This document shows, one piece after another, positions 23,216 to 33,721 of a stretch of 64,000 bases of DNA. Below the pieces are notes generated by a model. That model saw nothing but the letters and a program-made list of their open reading frames with translations, did not search any database and was not told where the DNA came from. Location: positions 654 through 64,653 of the forward strand of contig JBHLME010000005.1 of assembly GCA_048938445.1 (NCBI GenBank). Direction: 5' to 3'. The position numbers were made by a program, and so were the translations under genes. This DNA is from Promethearchaeota archaeon. GTDB lineage: Archaea > Asgardarchaeota > Lokiarchaeia > Sigyniarchaeales > SOKP01. The stretch's first letter is position 1, and each line of letters begins with the position of its first letter.

Positions 23216-25276
23216 ATGGGAAAAGTATTGCTAAAAAAGGATCTTATTAAAGCTACCAATTTGAAAAACATTTTTACAATTATCAATCAGCATTTATATG
23301 CTAAATTAAAATATGTTGATACGGACACTAGAGCACGATCTAGGGAAATTATTAACCTGTTGTTGATCAAATTAGTAGATGAGATAAATAAATCTCCTGA
23401 TGAAGAACTCGATTTTTATATCCGGGATAATGAAACGGATCAAGAATTATTAGAACGTCTCCAAATTTCATTCAGAAATAATGTTCGGAATAAATATCCT
23501 GAAATAATCGCTGAAAATGAACTTATTGGTTTGAATGCTGAGCTTCTAAGTTTGATTGTAAAAGAATTGCAGCATATTTCATTACTAAAATCATCTAAAG
23601 ACATTTTTGCCGATGCATTTGAAATTTTTGTAAGTAAAATATTAAAAGAAGAAGGAGGTCAATTTTTTACCCCAATGAATATAATAAAATTTATGATAAA
23701 TTATTTAGATCCTGAAATTGACTCAAAAATTTTAGATCCTGCATGTGGTCATGGAGGTTTTCTTTTAGAAGCTAAAGATTTTCTTTGGAAAAAAATTGAT
23801 AAACAAGCTCAAGGTTCGGATCAAAAAAAGAGAGATTTAATTTCAAATCTCCATGGTATTGAAAAAGATCTATTTTTGGTTAAAATATGTAAATTATATT
23901 TGGAGATCTTAAGTGGTGGTGTTTCAAACATTGTATGTGAAAATTCGCTAGATCCAGAATCTTACCGTTCTGAGGCTCAAAAATTGATTAAAAACAATCA
24001 TTTTGATTATATTTTTACTAATCCCCCATTTGGTTCTAAGATTCCTATAGATGATAAAAAAGTTTTGGAATTATATAATTTAGGACATGTATGGAAAAGT
24101 ATAGGAGAATCAAAATGGAAAATGCATTCTAATATAACCTCAAAAAAAGCACCACAAATACTTTTCATAGAACGTTGTGTTCAATTATTAAATAAAGGAG
24201 GAAAATTAGGAATTATCCTTCCCGAAGGTTTATTTGGAAATCCATCTGATAGAAATATTTGGGAATATTTAAAATCAAAAGGAAAGATTTTAGGTATAAT
24301 TTCCTTAAATCAGAATACATTTCAACCATATACATGTAATAAAACTAGTATCTTATTTTTCCAAAAATTAAATCAAATTCCTCAGGATTATAACATTAAT
24401 TTTGCTATTGTAAATAATGTCGGACATGATAAAGATGGTAAAATCCTTTTCAAATTAAATAAAGATGGGACTAAAAAATTAGACTCAGAAGGAAATCCAA
24501 TCATTAATGATGATTTAATAGACCTTTATAAACATATAAAGAACAGTGAGGATTTTGATTACCATAAGGAGCAACTCGTTTTCAATATTAATTTAAACCA
24601 AATAAAAAATAATATATTCATCCCTTATTATTATACTGGAGTTGAGAAAAATCTTAAAAATCTTGCTGAAAATAAAAATTATGTATTATTTTCAATCAAG
24701 GATTTAATAGAAAAAAAAATTCTTTATACTAAAAATAGTGGATATCTCCCAAGAGGAGATGAAATTGGTTCTCATGTTTATGGATTAGGCGAAGTACCAT
24801 TTATTCGTACAAGTGATATTAATAATTGGGAAATAAATCTTGAATCTCATAAGAAAACTTCTGAGGAAATTTACGAGTTATATAAGCAAAAACAAAATCT
24901 TGAAAAAGGAGATATTTTATTGGTTAAAGATGGTGGTCCAAATTTGATAGGAAAAACGGGATACATAACTGAATTGGATACAAAAATCATCATTCAAAGC
25001 CATATTTACCAGTTAAAAATTTTAAAAAATGATGAAGACATCGATTCTTACTTGCTATTGTACTTATTAAATCTTGATATAGTCCAAAAACAAATCCAAG
25101 CCATCACCTTCATTCAAGGAACAATCGCTACGATAGGGAATAGAATAATGGATGTTATTTTACCTATTCCAAAAAATAAAAGTAAAAGACAGGAAATTTC
25201 ACAATATATAAAGGATATTATAGAAAATAAAATTGAAATTAGAAAAAAGATAAATAAATTATCTATCGACTTTTAA
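23216..25276 (+). CDS. N6-adenine DNA methyltransferase fused to an HsdS-like target-recognition domain
   Basis: 686 aa. Motif I ILDPACGHGGFL and motif IV FTNPPFGSKIP. The C-terminal ~190 aa (GEVPFIRTSDI...GDILLVKDGGPNLIGKTGYI...YLLLYLLNLDIVQKQI...ILPIPKNKSKRQEISQYI) is a type I S-subunit-like TRD. Confidence 0.8.
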   Translation: MGKVLLKKDLIKATNLKNIFTIINQHLYAKLKYVDTDTRARSREIINLLLIKLVDEINKSPDEELDFYIRDNETDQELLERLQISFRNNVRNKYPEIIAENELIGLNAELLSLIVKELQHISLLKSSKDIFADAFEIFVSKILKEEGGQFFTPMNIIKFMINYLDPEIDSKILDPACGHGGFLLEAKDFLWKKIDKQAQGSDQKKRDLISNLHGIEKDLFLVKICKLYLEILSGGVSNIVCENSLDPESYRSEAQKLIKNNHFDYIFTNPPFGSKIPIDDKKVLELYNLGHVWKSIGESKWKMHSNITSKKAPQILFIERCVQLLNKGGKLGIILPEGLFGNPSDRNIWEYLKSKGKILGIISLNQNTFQPYTCNKTSILFFQKLNQIPQDYNINFAIVNNVGHDKDGKILFKLNKDGTKKLDSEGNPIINDDLIDLYKHIKNSEDFDYHKEQLVFNINLNQIKNNIFIPYYYTGVEKNLKNLAENKNYVLFSIKDLIEKKILYTKNSGYLPRGDEIGSHVYGLGEVPFIRTSDINNWEINLESHKKTSEEIYELYKQKQNLEKGDILLVKDGGPNLIGKTGYITELDTKIIIQSHIYQLKILKNDEDIDSYLLLYLLNLDIVQKQIQAITFIQGTIATIGNRIMDVILPIPKNKSKRQEISQYIKDIIENKIEIRKKINKLSIDF

Positions 25277-25330
25277 TAGAAAAATCAACTCTTTAAAATG
25301 GTTAAAATTATGATTTTTTTTATAGTTTTC

Positions 25331-26140
25331 TTAATCAAGAAATTTATCAAGAGCTTGCATGTATTTTTCGGGTTGTTCTCGACGTATATTATGTCCTGCT
25401 TTATCAATTTTTATCCATTCTAAATATTTAGCAAGTTGCATTGCTTCTTTTACTTTTTTATCTGATAATATTCCATTGCTAGATGAGATTAATAATACTG
25501 GGCATTTTATATCTTGCATAATGGTTCTCCAATAATATTGCATGTGAATCAATCCAAAGAGATAATATTTATCCTTTTTTTTATATTGTAATTTTGATTC
25601 AGTCCAAGGTTTAAAAACTTCCTCTGGCCAAGTAGGATTTTGTTTTTTAACTCTTTTATAAATCTTAGCATAGGAACCTCTTATTAACATATTTCCTAAA
25701 ATTCCTAATATAAGGAATAAAAAGGGTTTACTATAACCCGGGAATTTTTCTGCAATAAATGCAGGATCTTCTAAAACAACTTTTTGAACTAAATCCGGAT
25801 ATTTTGATGTAAATAAAGCCGCTACATTTGCTCCCATGGAATGTCCAATAATTTGAAATTTATTTAATTTTAGTTCTTTAACTAGAAAAGCAACATCATT
25901 AACCATTAAATCAAAAGAAAAAGGAATTTTCTTTGGAATTTCTGTAAGACCATGACCTCTCGCATCTGGCATAATGACCCAATACTTTTCTGCCAATTTA
26001 TTAGCAGTAGGGATCCAACACATGCCATTATCCATCGCACCATGTAATAATAATAAAGGAGGTTTATTATTTTCACTATAATAATAATGAATTTTTTTAT
26101 CAGAACCTATTATAAAGCTAGATTTCCATTCCATGATCAT
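25331..26140 (-). CDS. alpha/beta-fold hydrolase
   Basis: 269 aa. Has PPLLLLHGAMDNG (oxyanion region), the GHSMGA nucleophile elbow and a C-terminal GHNI histidine. Confidence 0.75.
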   Translation of the reverse strand: MIMEWKSSFIIGSDKKIHYYYSENNKPPLLLLHGAMDNGMCWIPTANKLAEKYWVIMPDARGHGLTEIPKKIPFSFDLMVNDVAFLVKELKLNKFQIIGHSMGANVAALFTSKYPDLVQKVVLEDPAFIAEKFPGYSKPFLFLILGILGNMLIRGSYAKIYKRVKKQNPTWPEEVFKPWTESKLQYKKKDKYYLFGLIHMQYYWRTIMQDIKCPVLLISSSNGILSDKKVKEAMQLAKYLEWIKIDKAGHNIRREQPEKYMQALDKFLD

Positions 26141-26281
26141 TCATTTTATAATATATTTTTTTTAAATTATGTAAAAGTATTATATGTTAAAATTTATTTA
26201 TTAAATGCTTATAGAAATAAAATAGCTTAAAATTAGTCGATTAAACTATAAATAAAAGAAAATTAAAAAAAAAGTAAGCTA

Positions 26282-28078
26282 TTAATATAGAGCGTTCAAT
26301 TTTTCTCCATATTTCTGGAGAACATTTCGCCGCTTTAATTTTAAAGTCTGGGTTAACATTCCATTCTCGAGAGTAAATTCCTCAGCAGTAATTAAATATT
26401 TTTTTGGAATCTCATAACCTCCATAAGTCCCTTTTAATTGATTTGTAGCTTGAGCACTTAAAAATTCCTGAACCTTCGGATTTTTTACCAATTCTTGAGG
26501 ATCAGTTTCTGTGATACCTGCCTGTTTAGTAAACATAGGAAGTACTTGGAAATCGGGAATCAATATGGCAACCGTATGCACCTTTCCGTCACCATAAACC
26601 ATTGCATTAGCAATAAACGAATTTAATTTGAGATCTTCTTCTAATGAAGCAGGGTGCACGTATTTTCCATTTTCTAACTTGAATTCTTCTTTAAATCGGC
26701 CAGTAATAAATAAAAAACCCTCTTCATCAAGTTTCCCACGATCTCCCGTTCTTACCCCTCTTCCCAATTTAGGATCTTCAACAATCACTTCTTTAGTTTT
26801 TTCAGGTTTTTTATGATATCCTTGCATGACATTTGGTCCAAAGCACAGGATTTCTCCATCTTCACTGTCTTCTCCTACTAATGATTTATCAATTACCACA
26901 GTAACATTTTCAATTGGTTTTCCTACAGAACCTAATTTATTTGCGGTAGGACAATTACTTGTAATAACAGGGCTGGTCTCGGTTAGTCCATAACCATCAA
27001 ATGTAGGGATACCTATATCAATGAAAAATTGTGCAATTTCCGGATTCATTACGGCACTACCAGTTACAGCATATCTTAGCTTACCTCCAAATAAAGCGCG
27101 AACTTTTTTAAATACAATCTTCATTAATAATTTATCTTTAAATCCGACTTTGCCACCTTCTCTCAATGTAGCTGCAGCCTTTTTAGCATTATTAAACAAA
27201 GCCTCCTTTTTTGGACCTTCTTGTTTCATTTTAAAATGAATTCCCTGATAAATTCTATTAAAGATTCTAGGGACGGCAATTAAAATAGTAGGTTTTACTT
27301 TTGGTAGATCGATAGTAAGCGTATCAGTAGTGTCCATTAAACCACATGCTTCTCCTATATGGATATTATGATATATTTCACATGTTTGACCAAAACTATG
27401 TGCCCATGGCAAAATTGAAAATGTTATATCTTTTTCGGACACATCAGGAAAATTTACATCTGCTGCTAGTATGTTTGAAGTAAAATTTCCATGGCTTAAA
27501 AGGACACCTTTAGGGTCACCTGTAGTTCCAGAAGTATAGATTAAACCTGCAATGTCGCTCCAATGTGGCTTAACTGATTTTATAGGATTTTTAGAACCTA
27601 GTAATTCAAGGGACTTCAAGCTATTTTCAGCATCACTTCGAATAATATAGATCTTTTCTAGTTTATCAATTTCATCTTTATATCCTTTTACTTTCTCATG
27701 CACATCATCATTAACAACAAATAAAACTTTTACATCACCATCTTCTACGATATATCTCCAAACCTTTTCTAACTCTTTTTCATACATAGGCACTAGTCGT
27801 GCGTTAAGTCCATAAGTAGCAAATGCTATAATTGCCCATTCAACACCATTATTTATTATCAAACCCACTGCATCATCTTTTCCAATTCCAATCTGGGCCA
27901 AACCCGCTCTAAGATTATCTACGCGAGCACCTAGTTCTCCATAGGTTATCCATTCATATTCTCCTTCCGAATTTTTAGTTCCCAAACAGTTTCTTTTAGG
28001 AAATTTCTTAATCGTATCTTCAAATAAGTCAACTAAATTTGTTGGATGTTTGTACCATTCTTCTTTCATTTTGTTCAT
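26282..28078 (-). CDS. long-chain acyl-CoA synthetase (AMP-forming)
   Basis: 598 aa. Has the YTSGTTGDPKG AMP-binding motif, GYGLTETS and TGDRGKLDEEGFLFITGR. Confidence 0.85.
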   Translation of the reverse strand: MNKMKEEWYKHPTNLVDLFEDTIKKFPKRNCLGTKNSEGEYEWITYGELGARVDNLRAGLAQIGIGKDDAVGLIINNGVEWAIIAFATYGLNARLVPMYEKELEKVWRYIVEDGDVKVLFVVNDDVHEKVKGYKDEIDKLEKIYIIRSDAENSLKSLELLGSKNPIKSVKPHWSDIAGLIYTSGTTGDPKGVLLSHGNFTSNILAADVNFPDVSEKDITFSILPWAHSFGQTCEIYHNIHIGEACGLMDTTDTLTIDLPKVKPTILIAVPRIFNRIYQGIHFKMKQEGPKKEALFNNAKKAAATLREGGKVGFKDKLLMKIVFKKVRALFGGKLRYAVTGSAVMNPEIAQFFIDIGIPTFDGYGLTETSPVITSNCPTANKLGSVGKPIENVTVVIDKSLVGEDSEDGEILCFGPNVMQGYHKKPEKTKEVIVEDPKLGRGVRTGDRGKLDEEGFLFITGRFKEEFKLENGKYVHPASLEEDLKLNSFIANAMVYGDGKVHTVAILIPDFQVLPMFTKQAGITETDPQELVKNPKVQEFLSAQATNQLKGTYGGYEIPKKYLITAEEFTLENGMLTQTLKLKRRNVLQKYGEKLNALY

Positions 28079-28264
28079 ATTCCTCGTTGTTATATATCTC
28101 TTCTAATTTAGTAATTATTTTTTTGTTACAAAAAAAATTATTATTTATGTGTTTATTAAAAGCATGCTTTATATTAATACCCTATATACTTTATAAGGAT
28201 TTTAACAAAAAAATAAAAGAAACACACAAATTAAAAGATTATGGAAAAATACTCCGTTACAAAT

Positions 28265-29299
28265 TTAGTATACTCTCGAGGAAATGGCTTTTAATAGCTC
28301 TTCGGCTTTTTTTGTATAACTTGAGATTATATCTTCTACGTAGATTATAGAATCTATTAATCCACATGATTGACCTGCGGGAATGGCTCCATTTTCAACA
28401 TCTCCTTCGGTATACACTATTTCATATCTTCTTAAATCTTCTTTTAAAAGTTCAATATCCTGATATTTTTTTTCTTGGAGGAGTTTTTCTTCTTTTGATA
28501 AAATTCTTCCATGTTCTAAGCAATATTTATTCTTCAACAATCTGATTGGACCAAACCCTCCTGTTGTAAGCATCGTGTCCTTATCTGTTGCGGGTGGTAA
28601 TAAGGCTTTATAATTAGGATGGAACTCACTCTCCTTAGATGCAATAAACCTTGTTCCCATTGCCACGGCATCAGCACCCATAGTTAATGCTGCAGCTATT
28701 CCTCGTGGATTAGCAATACCACCACAAGCTATAATTAATTTTTCGGGATATTTTTCGCATGCTTCTTGTAATAGAACCATTGTCGTGATTTCTTCATAAC
28801 TTTGATGACCTCCACCTTCAATACCGGTTGTTACGATACCATGACATCCGATATCAACTACTTTATCTACTAACCACATAGCGGGAGCAACGTGAAAATG
28901 AAACAATTCTGTATCGTTTTCCCATTTTTTCCGTGCAAATCGAGCACCTCCCGCACTTGTAAGTCCATATATCATTTGTTCTCTTATTTTAGGATCTGAT
29001 TTTCTCCATTCAAGAACTTTTCTTATTAATAACTTATGATCAGTTTGCATTCGAGCTGTTCGGATATTAAATCCAAATGGTTTATCAGTATATTCAATCA
29101 CATGATCTATTTGTTCTTTAAAATCTTTAATTGAATTCTTCCCCATTAATGTTGTATGGCTCAGAACACCTAAACCTCCTGCCTCAGAAGTAGCAATCGT
29201 CAGTTCAGTAGTGTAAAAAGGACCCATGGGCGCACTGAAAATTGGATATTTTATTCCAAATTTTTCTGTTATCCTAGTTTTAATCATAATAAATTCCAA
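28265..29299 (-). CDS. nitronate monooxygenase / FabK-like FMN oxidoreductase
   Basis: 344 aa. Has IKYPIFSAPMG and GGIANPRGIAAALTMGADAVAMGTRFIASKES, typical of the NMO/enoyl-ACP reductase II family. Confidence 0.75.
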   Translation of the reverse strand: MEFIMIKTRITEKFGIKYPIFSAPMGPFYTTELTIATSEAGGLGVLSHTTLMGKNSIKDFKEQIDHVIEYTDKPFGFNIRTARMQTDHKLLIRKVLEWRKSDPKIREQMIYGLTSAGGARFARKKWENDTELFHFHVAPAMWLVDKVVDIGCHGIVTTGIEGGGHQSYEEITTMVLLQEACEKYPEKLIIACGGIANPRGIAAALTMGADAVAMGTRFIASKESEFHPNYKALLPPATDKDTMLTTGGFGPIRLLKNKYCLEHGRILSKEEKLLQEKKYQDIELLKEDLRRYEIVYTEGDVENGAIPAGQSCGLIDSIIYVEDIISSYTKKAEELLKAISSRVY

Positions 29300-29426
29300 T
29301 TAATCTATATTATGTGATATTTAATAACACTTAATTTTTACAATGAAAGTTACAATAAAATAATTTTTTAATATAATCTCTCATGTAAGAACTTATTCAA
29401 AAATAGATGGAATATTTAATTTTTTA

Positions 29427-30545
29427 ATGAAGAGAATAAAAAGTATTGACATACTTCGTGGTCTTGCCATAATTTGCATGTTTCTATACCACATTCAGAT
29501 TTGGTGGATAAATAAAAATGATCTATTTATGATTCATGCATTTTATTCTACTTATGCGATCTTGGGGACGACGGGATTCTTATTTATAAGTGGAGTAAGT
29601 ACAATGATCTCTTTTAGGGATAGAGCACAAAAAATTAGTAAAGGATATACATTTAGAGTTATTAGAAAGGAATATTTAATCCGAGCACTCCTTATCTTGA
29701 TAATAGCATTACTATACAACCTTTTTGTTGCTTTAACTATTGGAGAGATCACTGATATTTGGAAATGGTTCATTTTATTAACAATCGCATTTTCATTATT
29801 TATGGCTTGGCCATTATTAAAAACCTCAAAAGCATTAAGAGCTCTAATTGCGATTATTTTCTTTATTTTTGATAAATTTTTAGTAATTTTTTTAGCTAAT
29901 TTTCAAGGTCAATTAAACTTTTTTGGAATACTGTTTTATCTCTTATATAACACTTTAGACCAAGATCCAGTCGTATCCTTTTTTAGCTTCTTTTTAGTTG
30001 GTACTATAATTGGAGATCTGATATATGAAACACATCAAATAGAAGATATTGGTATAAAAAAAAACTTCTTAAAAAAGAAAATCCTGATCCCTTGCTTGAT
30101 TATTGGAAGTATTATGATTATTATAAGCATTTTAATTCCAATTCCTGACATTTTAAGAGTAGAAAAGGCGGGATTTGACACGACAGTTAATTATCCAATT
30201 TTTATGAGTAGAGGCACGTTATCATGGATGATATTTGCCATGGGGATTGAAATAGCATTAATAGCTCTACTTTTCAGTATTGAAGAATTTGAAATTATTA
30301 AAGTGAAGAAAAGCTATAAATTCTTGTTTTATTTTTCTTATTATTCATTTACCACCTATATCACTCATAACTTATTGTTTTTCATCTTTCTTGAAGTTCT
30401 AAACATATATAACATCTTTTTTATTACGATCATCACAGTCATTCTATATGGATTATTGTTAAAAATCTTATTTAAAAAATTTGGGTCAATAGTTTCAATT
30501 AAGGCCAATATAGGAAGAATTAGTATTCATCTAGCAAGAAAATAA
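29427..30545 (+). CDS. DUF1624/HGSNAT-like membrane acyltransferase family protein
   Basis: 372 aa, polytopic. The N-terminal RIKSIDILRGLAIICMFLYH is the characteristic start of this family. Confidence 0.5.
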   Translation: MKRIKSIDILRGLAIICMFLYHIQIWWINKNDLFMIHAFYSTYAILGTTGFLFISGVSTMISFRDRAQKISKGYTFRVIRKEYLIRALLILIIALLYNLFVALTIGEITDIWKWFILLTIAFSLFMAWPLLKTSKALRALIAIIFFIFDKFLVIFLANFQGQLNFFGILFYLLYNTLDQDPVVSFFSFFLVGTIIGDLIYETHQIEDIGIKKNFLKKKILIPCLIIGSIMIIISILIPIPDILRVEKAGFDTTVNYPIFMSRGTLSWMIFAMGIEIALIALLFSIEEFEIIKVKKSYKFLFYFSYYSFTTYITHNLLFFIFLEVLNIYNIFFITIITVILYGLLLKILFKKFGSIVSIKANIGRISIHLARK

Positions 30546-30706
30546 TATTACATGACATAGATGGATAGAATTGAGAATAATGTAATATAAAGTATATAAA
30601 ATACCTAAATATCTTCTCTAATTTTTAAATCAAGTGTAATTTAATTAATTTAAATAGTATGAGTGATAATTTAATATTACAATATCAAGAAAAACAATGA
30701 TTTGAA

Positions 30707-31603
30707 ATGTCAGATGATGTATCAAAAAAAGTAATCATTACCGCAGCTTTAGCGGGAGCAGCTACAGTTAAAGGTCAAAATTCTAATGTTCCTTATACAG
30801 CTGAAGAATTTGGTGATGAAGCAAAAAAATGTTATGATGCTGGAGCTTCAATCGTACATCTTCATTTTAGAAATCCTGAAACAGGTGTTCCAACTCCTGA
30901 TTTAGAAATAATTCGGGAAGGATTAGAAAATATAAAATCAAAATGTCCACAAATTATAATCAATTTAACCTCTGCCATTAGTCCAGTCGTAGAAGAATCG
31001 GATAGAATAAAACCAATCAAAACATTCAAGCCTCCACTCGCTTCTTTAAACAGTAATTCAATGAACTTCAGTGTTGGGGACCACAAGACTGGAAAGGTAA
31101 CTGCAAATCATTCGGGTATTTTTGCAAATCATTTTCAAATGATTCAAAAGTTTGCTAGAACTATGAAGAAAGTCGGAACGAAACCCGAAATAGAAATATA
31201 CGATATAGGAGGACTTTATAATATCTTATTTCTTAATAAACAAGAAAATCTTTTCGACCGACCATTACATTTCCAGTTCGTATTTGGAGTGCTAGGGGGA
31301 ATTCCATTTTCACCAATGAATTTAGGACAATTACTTACTTTAATGCCTATGAATTCAACGTGGAGCGTATGTGGAGTTGCAAAGCAACAATTCCAAGCAG
31401 CGATGTCTGCTGTAGCATTGGGAGGACATGTACGAGTGGGTTTAGAAGATAATATCCGATTAGTTTCAGGAGAATTAGCAAAAGGTAGTTGGGAGCAGGT
31501 TAAATGGGCAGTAGAGCTTGTTAAACTATCTGGACTTGAGATTGCTACTCCTGATGATACAAGGGAGATTTTAAACTTGAAGAATAGAGATATTACTCTT
31601 TAA
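30707..31603 (+). CDS. kce: 3-keto-5-aminohexanoate cleavage enzyme family (BKACE/DUF849)
   Basis: 298 aa. KVIITAALAGAATVKGQNSNVPYTAEEFGDEAKKCYDAGASIVHLHFRNPETGVPT and GGHVRVGLEDN are family signatures. Confidence 0.8.
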   Translation: MSDDVSKKVIITAALAGAATVKGQNSNVPYTAEEFGDEAKKCYDAGASIVHLHFRNPETGVPTPDLEIIREGLENIKSKCPQIIINLTSAISPVVEESDRIKPIKTFKPPLASLNSNSMNFSVGDHKTGKVTANHSGIFANHFQMIQKFARTMKKVGTKPEIEIYDIGGLYNILFLNKQENLFDRPLHFQFVFGVLGGIPFSPMNLGQLLTLMPMNSTWSVCGVAKQQFQAAMSAVALGGHVRVGLEDNIRLVSGELAKGSWEQVKWAVELVKLSGLEIATPDDTREILNLKNRDITL

Positions 31604-31697
31604 ATCTAATTTTTTTTAATCTTTAAACTTAAATATTCCATGTCTTATTATATGTTTTAATTAAAAATGAATATAATTTATTGATGATTTAACATTA

Positions 31698-32690
31698 ATG
31701 GTTTCTAATTGGTTTATTATCGCCCCTATATTACCTGCAATAGTTATCTTTCTTTCTCCAATACTCATTGAAAGAAAGAAAAGAATTATGCTAATTTTAT
31801 CTGGAACGCTTGTTGTATTTAATCTCAGTATAGTCATTTTTATGATAAACTCTTTTCGACGAGATTATGCAATTAATCCATATTTTTTCCCATTAAATAA
31901 TTTCGTTTTATATTTAGTAATTTTTAATGTAATATTTTTACTCTATTCCTTATTTTTCTTAATAAAATTCAATAAATTGAAAGATACACGTTTTACAAGA
32001 AAAATAAGTTCTTTTATTTATATTATAAGGGATAATCTCTTTAAGTTAGATAAAAGAATTGATAGAATTATTTCACTTATTATGATATTTGTTTTATTTT
32101 ATATTGTAGGATTTTTAAGTCTATTTACTCATGAATTTGGCCATGCAATGGTAAATATAATTTTTAATAAATATTTTGAAAGAATCGAACTTACTATAAA
32201 TTTACAAGGACTTACTTATGGAGCGGGATCAGTAATACTAAACACTACTCAAAAAACAATAGCTTACCTTGCAGGAATGATTTCCGAAACCTTATTTGCA
32301 TTGACTGTTCTAATCATTCTATTGATAAAGAAAGAAAAAAATAAATTTACCTGGTTTTTATCGATTACTATTTCAATGCTTTTTTTAAATCGCGTTGCTT
32401 TATATTTCACCTTTTCACAATTGTTAGGGATCCCTAGTGACACCTTTGATATGGTTATAAATCTAGGATATGATCCTTGGATATTATTCCTAATATTTTT
32501 ACCATATTTAATGATAACGTTCGAAATAACATTTCAAATGATGAAAAAGTTTTCTAAAAACGCGTTAAGAGGAGAAAAAGATTTTTTAAGTGTTTTTGTT
32601 TTAGGATTGATATCATATATAGTATTTTTAATTATATTTACACCAGCAGATCCATTTTCTACTCAAAATTTCATATATATTTTCTATTAA
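31698..32690 (+). CDS. polytopic membrane protein with HExxH motif (putative intramembrane metalloprotease)
   Basis: 330 aa with about 8 TM segments. THEFGHAMV sits at the end of a TM helix. Confidence 0.4.
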   Translation: MVSNWFIIAPILPAIVIFLSPILIERKKRIMLILSGTLVVFNLSIVIFMINSFRRDYAINPYFFPLNNFVLYLVIFNVIFLLYSLFFLIKFNKLKDTRFTRKISSFIYIIRDNLFKLDKRIDRIISLIMIFVLFYIVGFLSLFTHEFGHAMVNIIFNKYFERIELTINLQGLTYGAGSVILNTTQKTIAYLAGMISETLFALTVLIILLIKKEKNKFTWFLSITISMLFLNRVALYFTFSQLLGIPSDTFDMVINLGYDPWILFLIFLPYLMITFEITFQMMKKFSKNALRGEKDFLSVFVLGLISYIVFLIIFTPADPFSTQNFIYIFY

Positions 32691-32716
32691 AACCATATAA
32701 AGATAATATGAAAGAG

Positions 32717-33568
32717 TTATTCCTCTTTCCAAGAAATAATATAATCAAAATCCTCAGATCCAGGAATATTTGGATGATTAATTTCCCATTTACCCTTAAC
32801 TCCCAATTCTTGGCTTGTCAAGTCCCAATGACAGATAGCTATTCCTATATCTAAAGGTTGAAATCTTTTATAAACTCCTTTAGTTTTTATTGTAAAAAAA
32901 TGGAACTCATTTTTATCTGGCGCTTTTATTATTCTCCATGGTTGGTTGTTTCCAGCAGAGGGGCCGAGTTGCACCATCTTTAACATTGTATTATAATTAT
33001 CATCGATTTCTGAAGACATTGGTTTAGAGAAATCTCCCTCGTAAAAAAGACGATCCCAAGGATGTCGATGATTAGCATTCACAGCTTGCCTGATAAGTAC
33101 TTCTCTAATCCGTCTTTTTTCGGGATAACCAATAGGTGAAATGGCAGGTATAAATTCATTTGCCATGATGCCAAATTTTTCAGAAAATAAACTTCTATTG
33201 AAAAATCCCCCTAACCAGCAAGTACCCAATCCTAAATCTGTTGCTGCCAAAACAATATATTCCATTAGATAACCAAAATGTTCCTTCATGTAATCCGATT
33301 TCTCAACGGCTCCTACTATGAATTCTTGAGCACCCTTGATTAAACCATAAGTTCCCAACTTTTTTCTCTCATTTGGATCAAATTCGGGAACAGCAATTAA
33401 TTTAAATCGACATTTTCCAGCCATTTCGCTATAGGGACTTTTAACTTCTTCAACCTTTAATATGTCACGGATATGCTCTCTCAAATCTTCATCAAGCAGT
33501 TTCGGAACGTATGTACGTCGGGAAGTTCTCTCTTTTATTATTTCAATTATTGACTTATTGAATCTCAT
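32717..33568 (-). CDS. nitroreductase family protein
   Basis: 283 aa. Has IKERTSRRTY near the N-terminus, GLGTCWLGGF and PSAGNNQPWRI blocks. Confidence 0.7.
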   Translation of the reverse strand: MRFNKSIIEIIKERTSRRTYVPKLLDEDLREHIRDILKVEEVKSPYSEMAGKCRFKLIAVPEFDPNERKKLGTYGLIKGAQEFIVGAVEKSDYMKEHFGYLMEYIVLAATDLGLGTCWLGGFFNRSLFSEKFGIMANEFIPAISPIGYPEKRRIREVLIRQAVNANHRHPWDRLFYEGDFSKPMSSEIDDNYNTMLKMVQLGPSAGNNQPWRIIKAPDKNEFHFFTIKTKGVYKRFQPLDIGIAICHWDLTSQELGVKGKWEINHPNIPGSEDFDYIISWKEE

Positions 33569-33721
33569 TTTGCTAATTAATGATTAGTATGTTAATTAAT
33601 AAAAATTTATACAATTTAAAATGAACATATATTTAGAAATGGTTAATGAAATTAGCAAATCAAATAGGATTTTAATCAAAATTATTAAATAATTAAGATT
33701 TAAGGAAAAATACAAAAAAAA

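Noticed and set aside
28039-28350. 103-aa plus-strand ORF spanning the acyl-CoA synthetase / NMO intergenic region
   Set aside because: It overlaps the ends of two well-supported minus-strand genes and gives a Leu/Phe-rich shadow translation.
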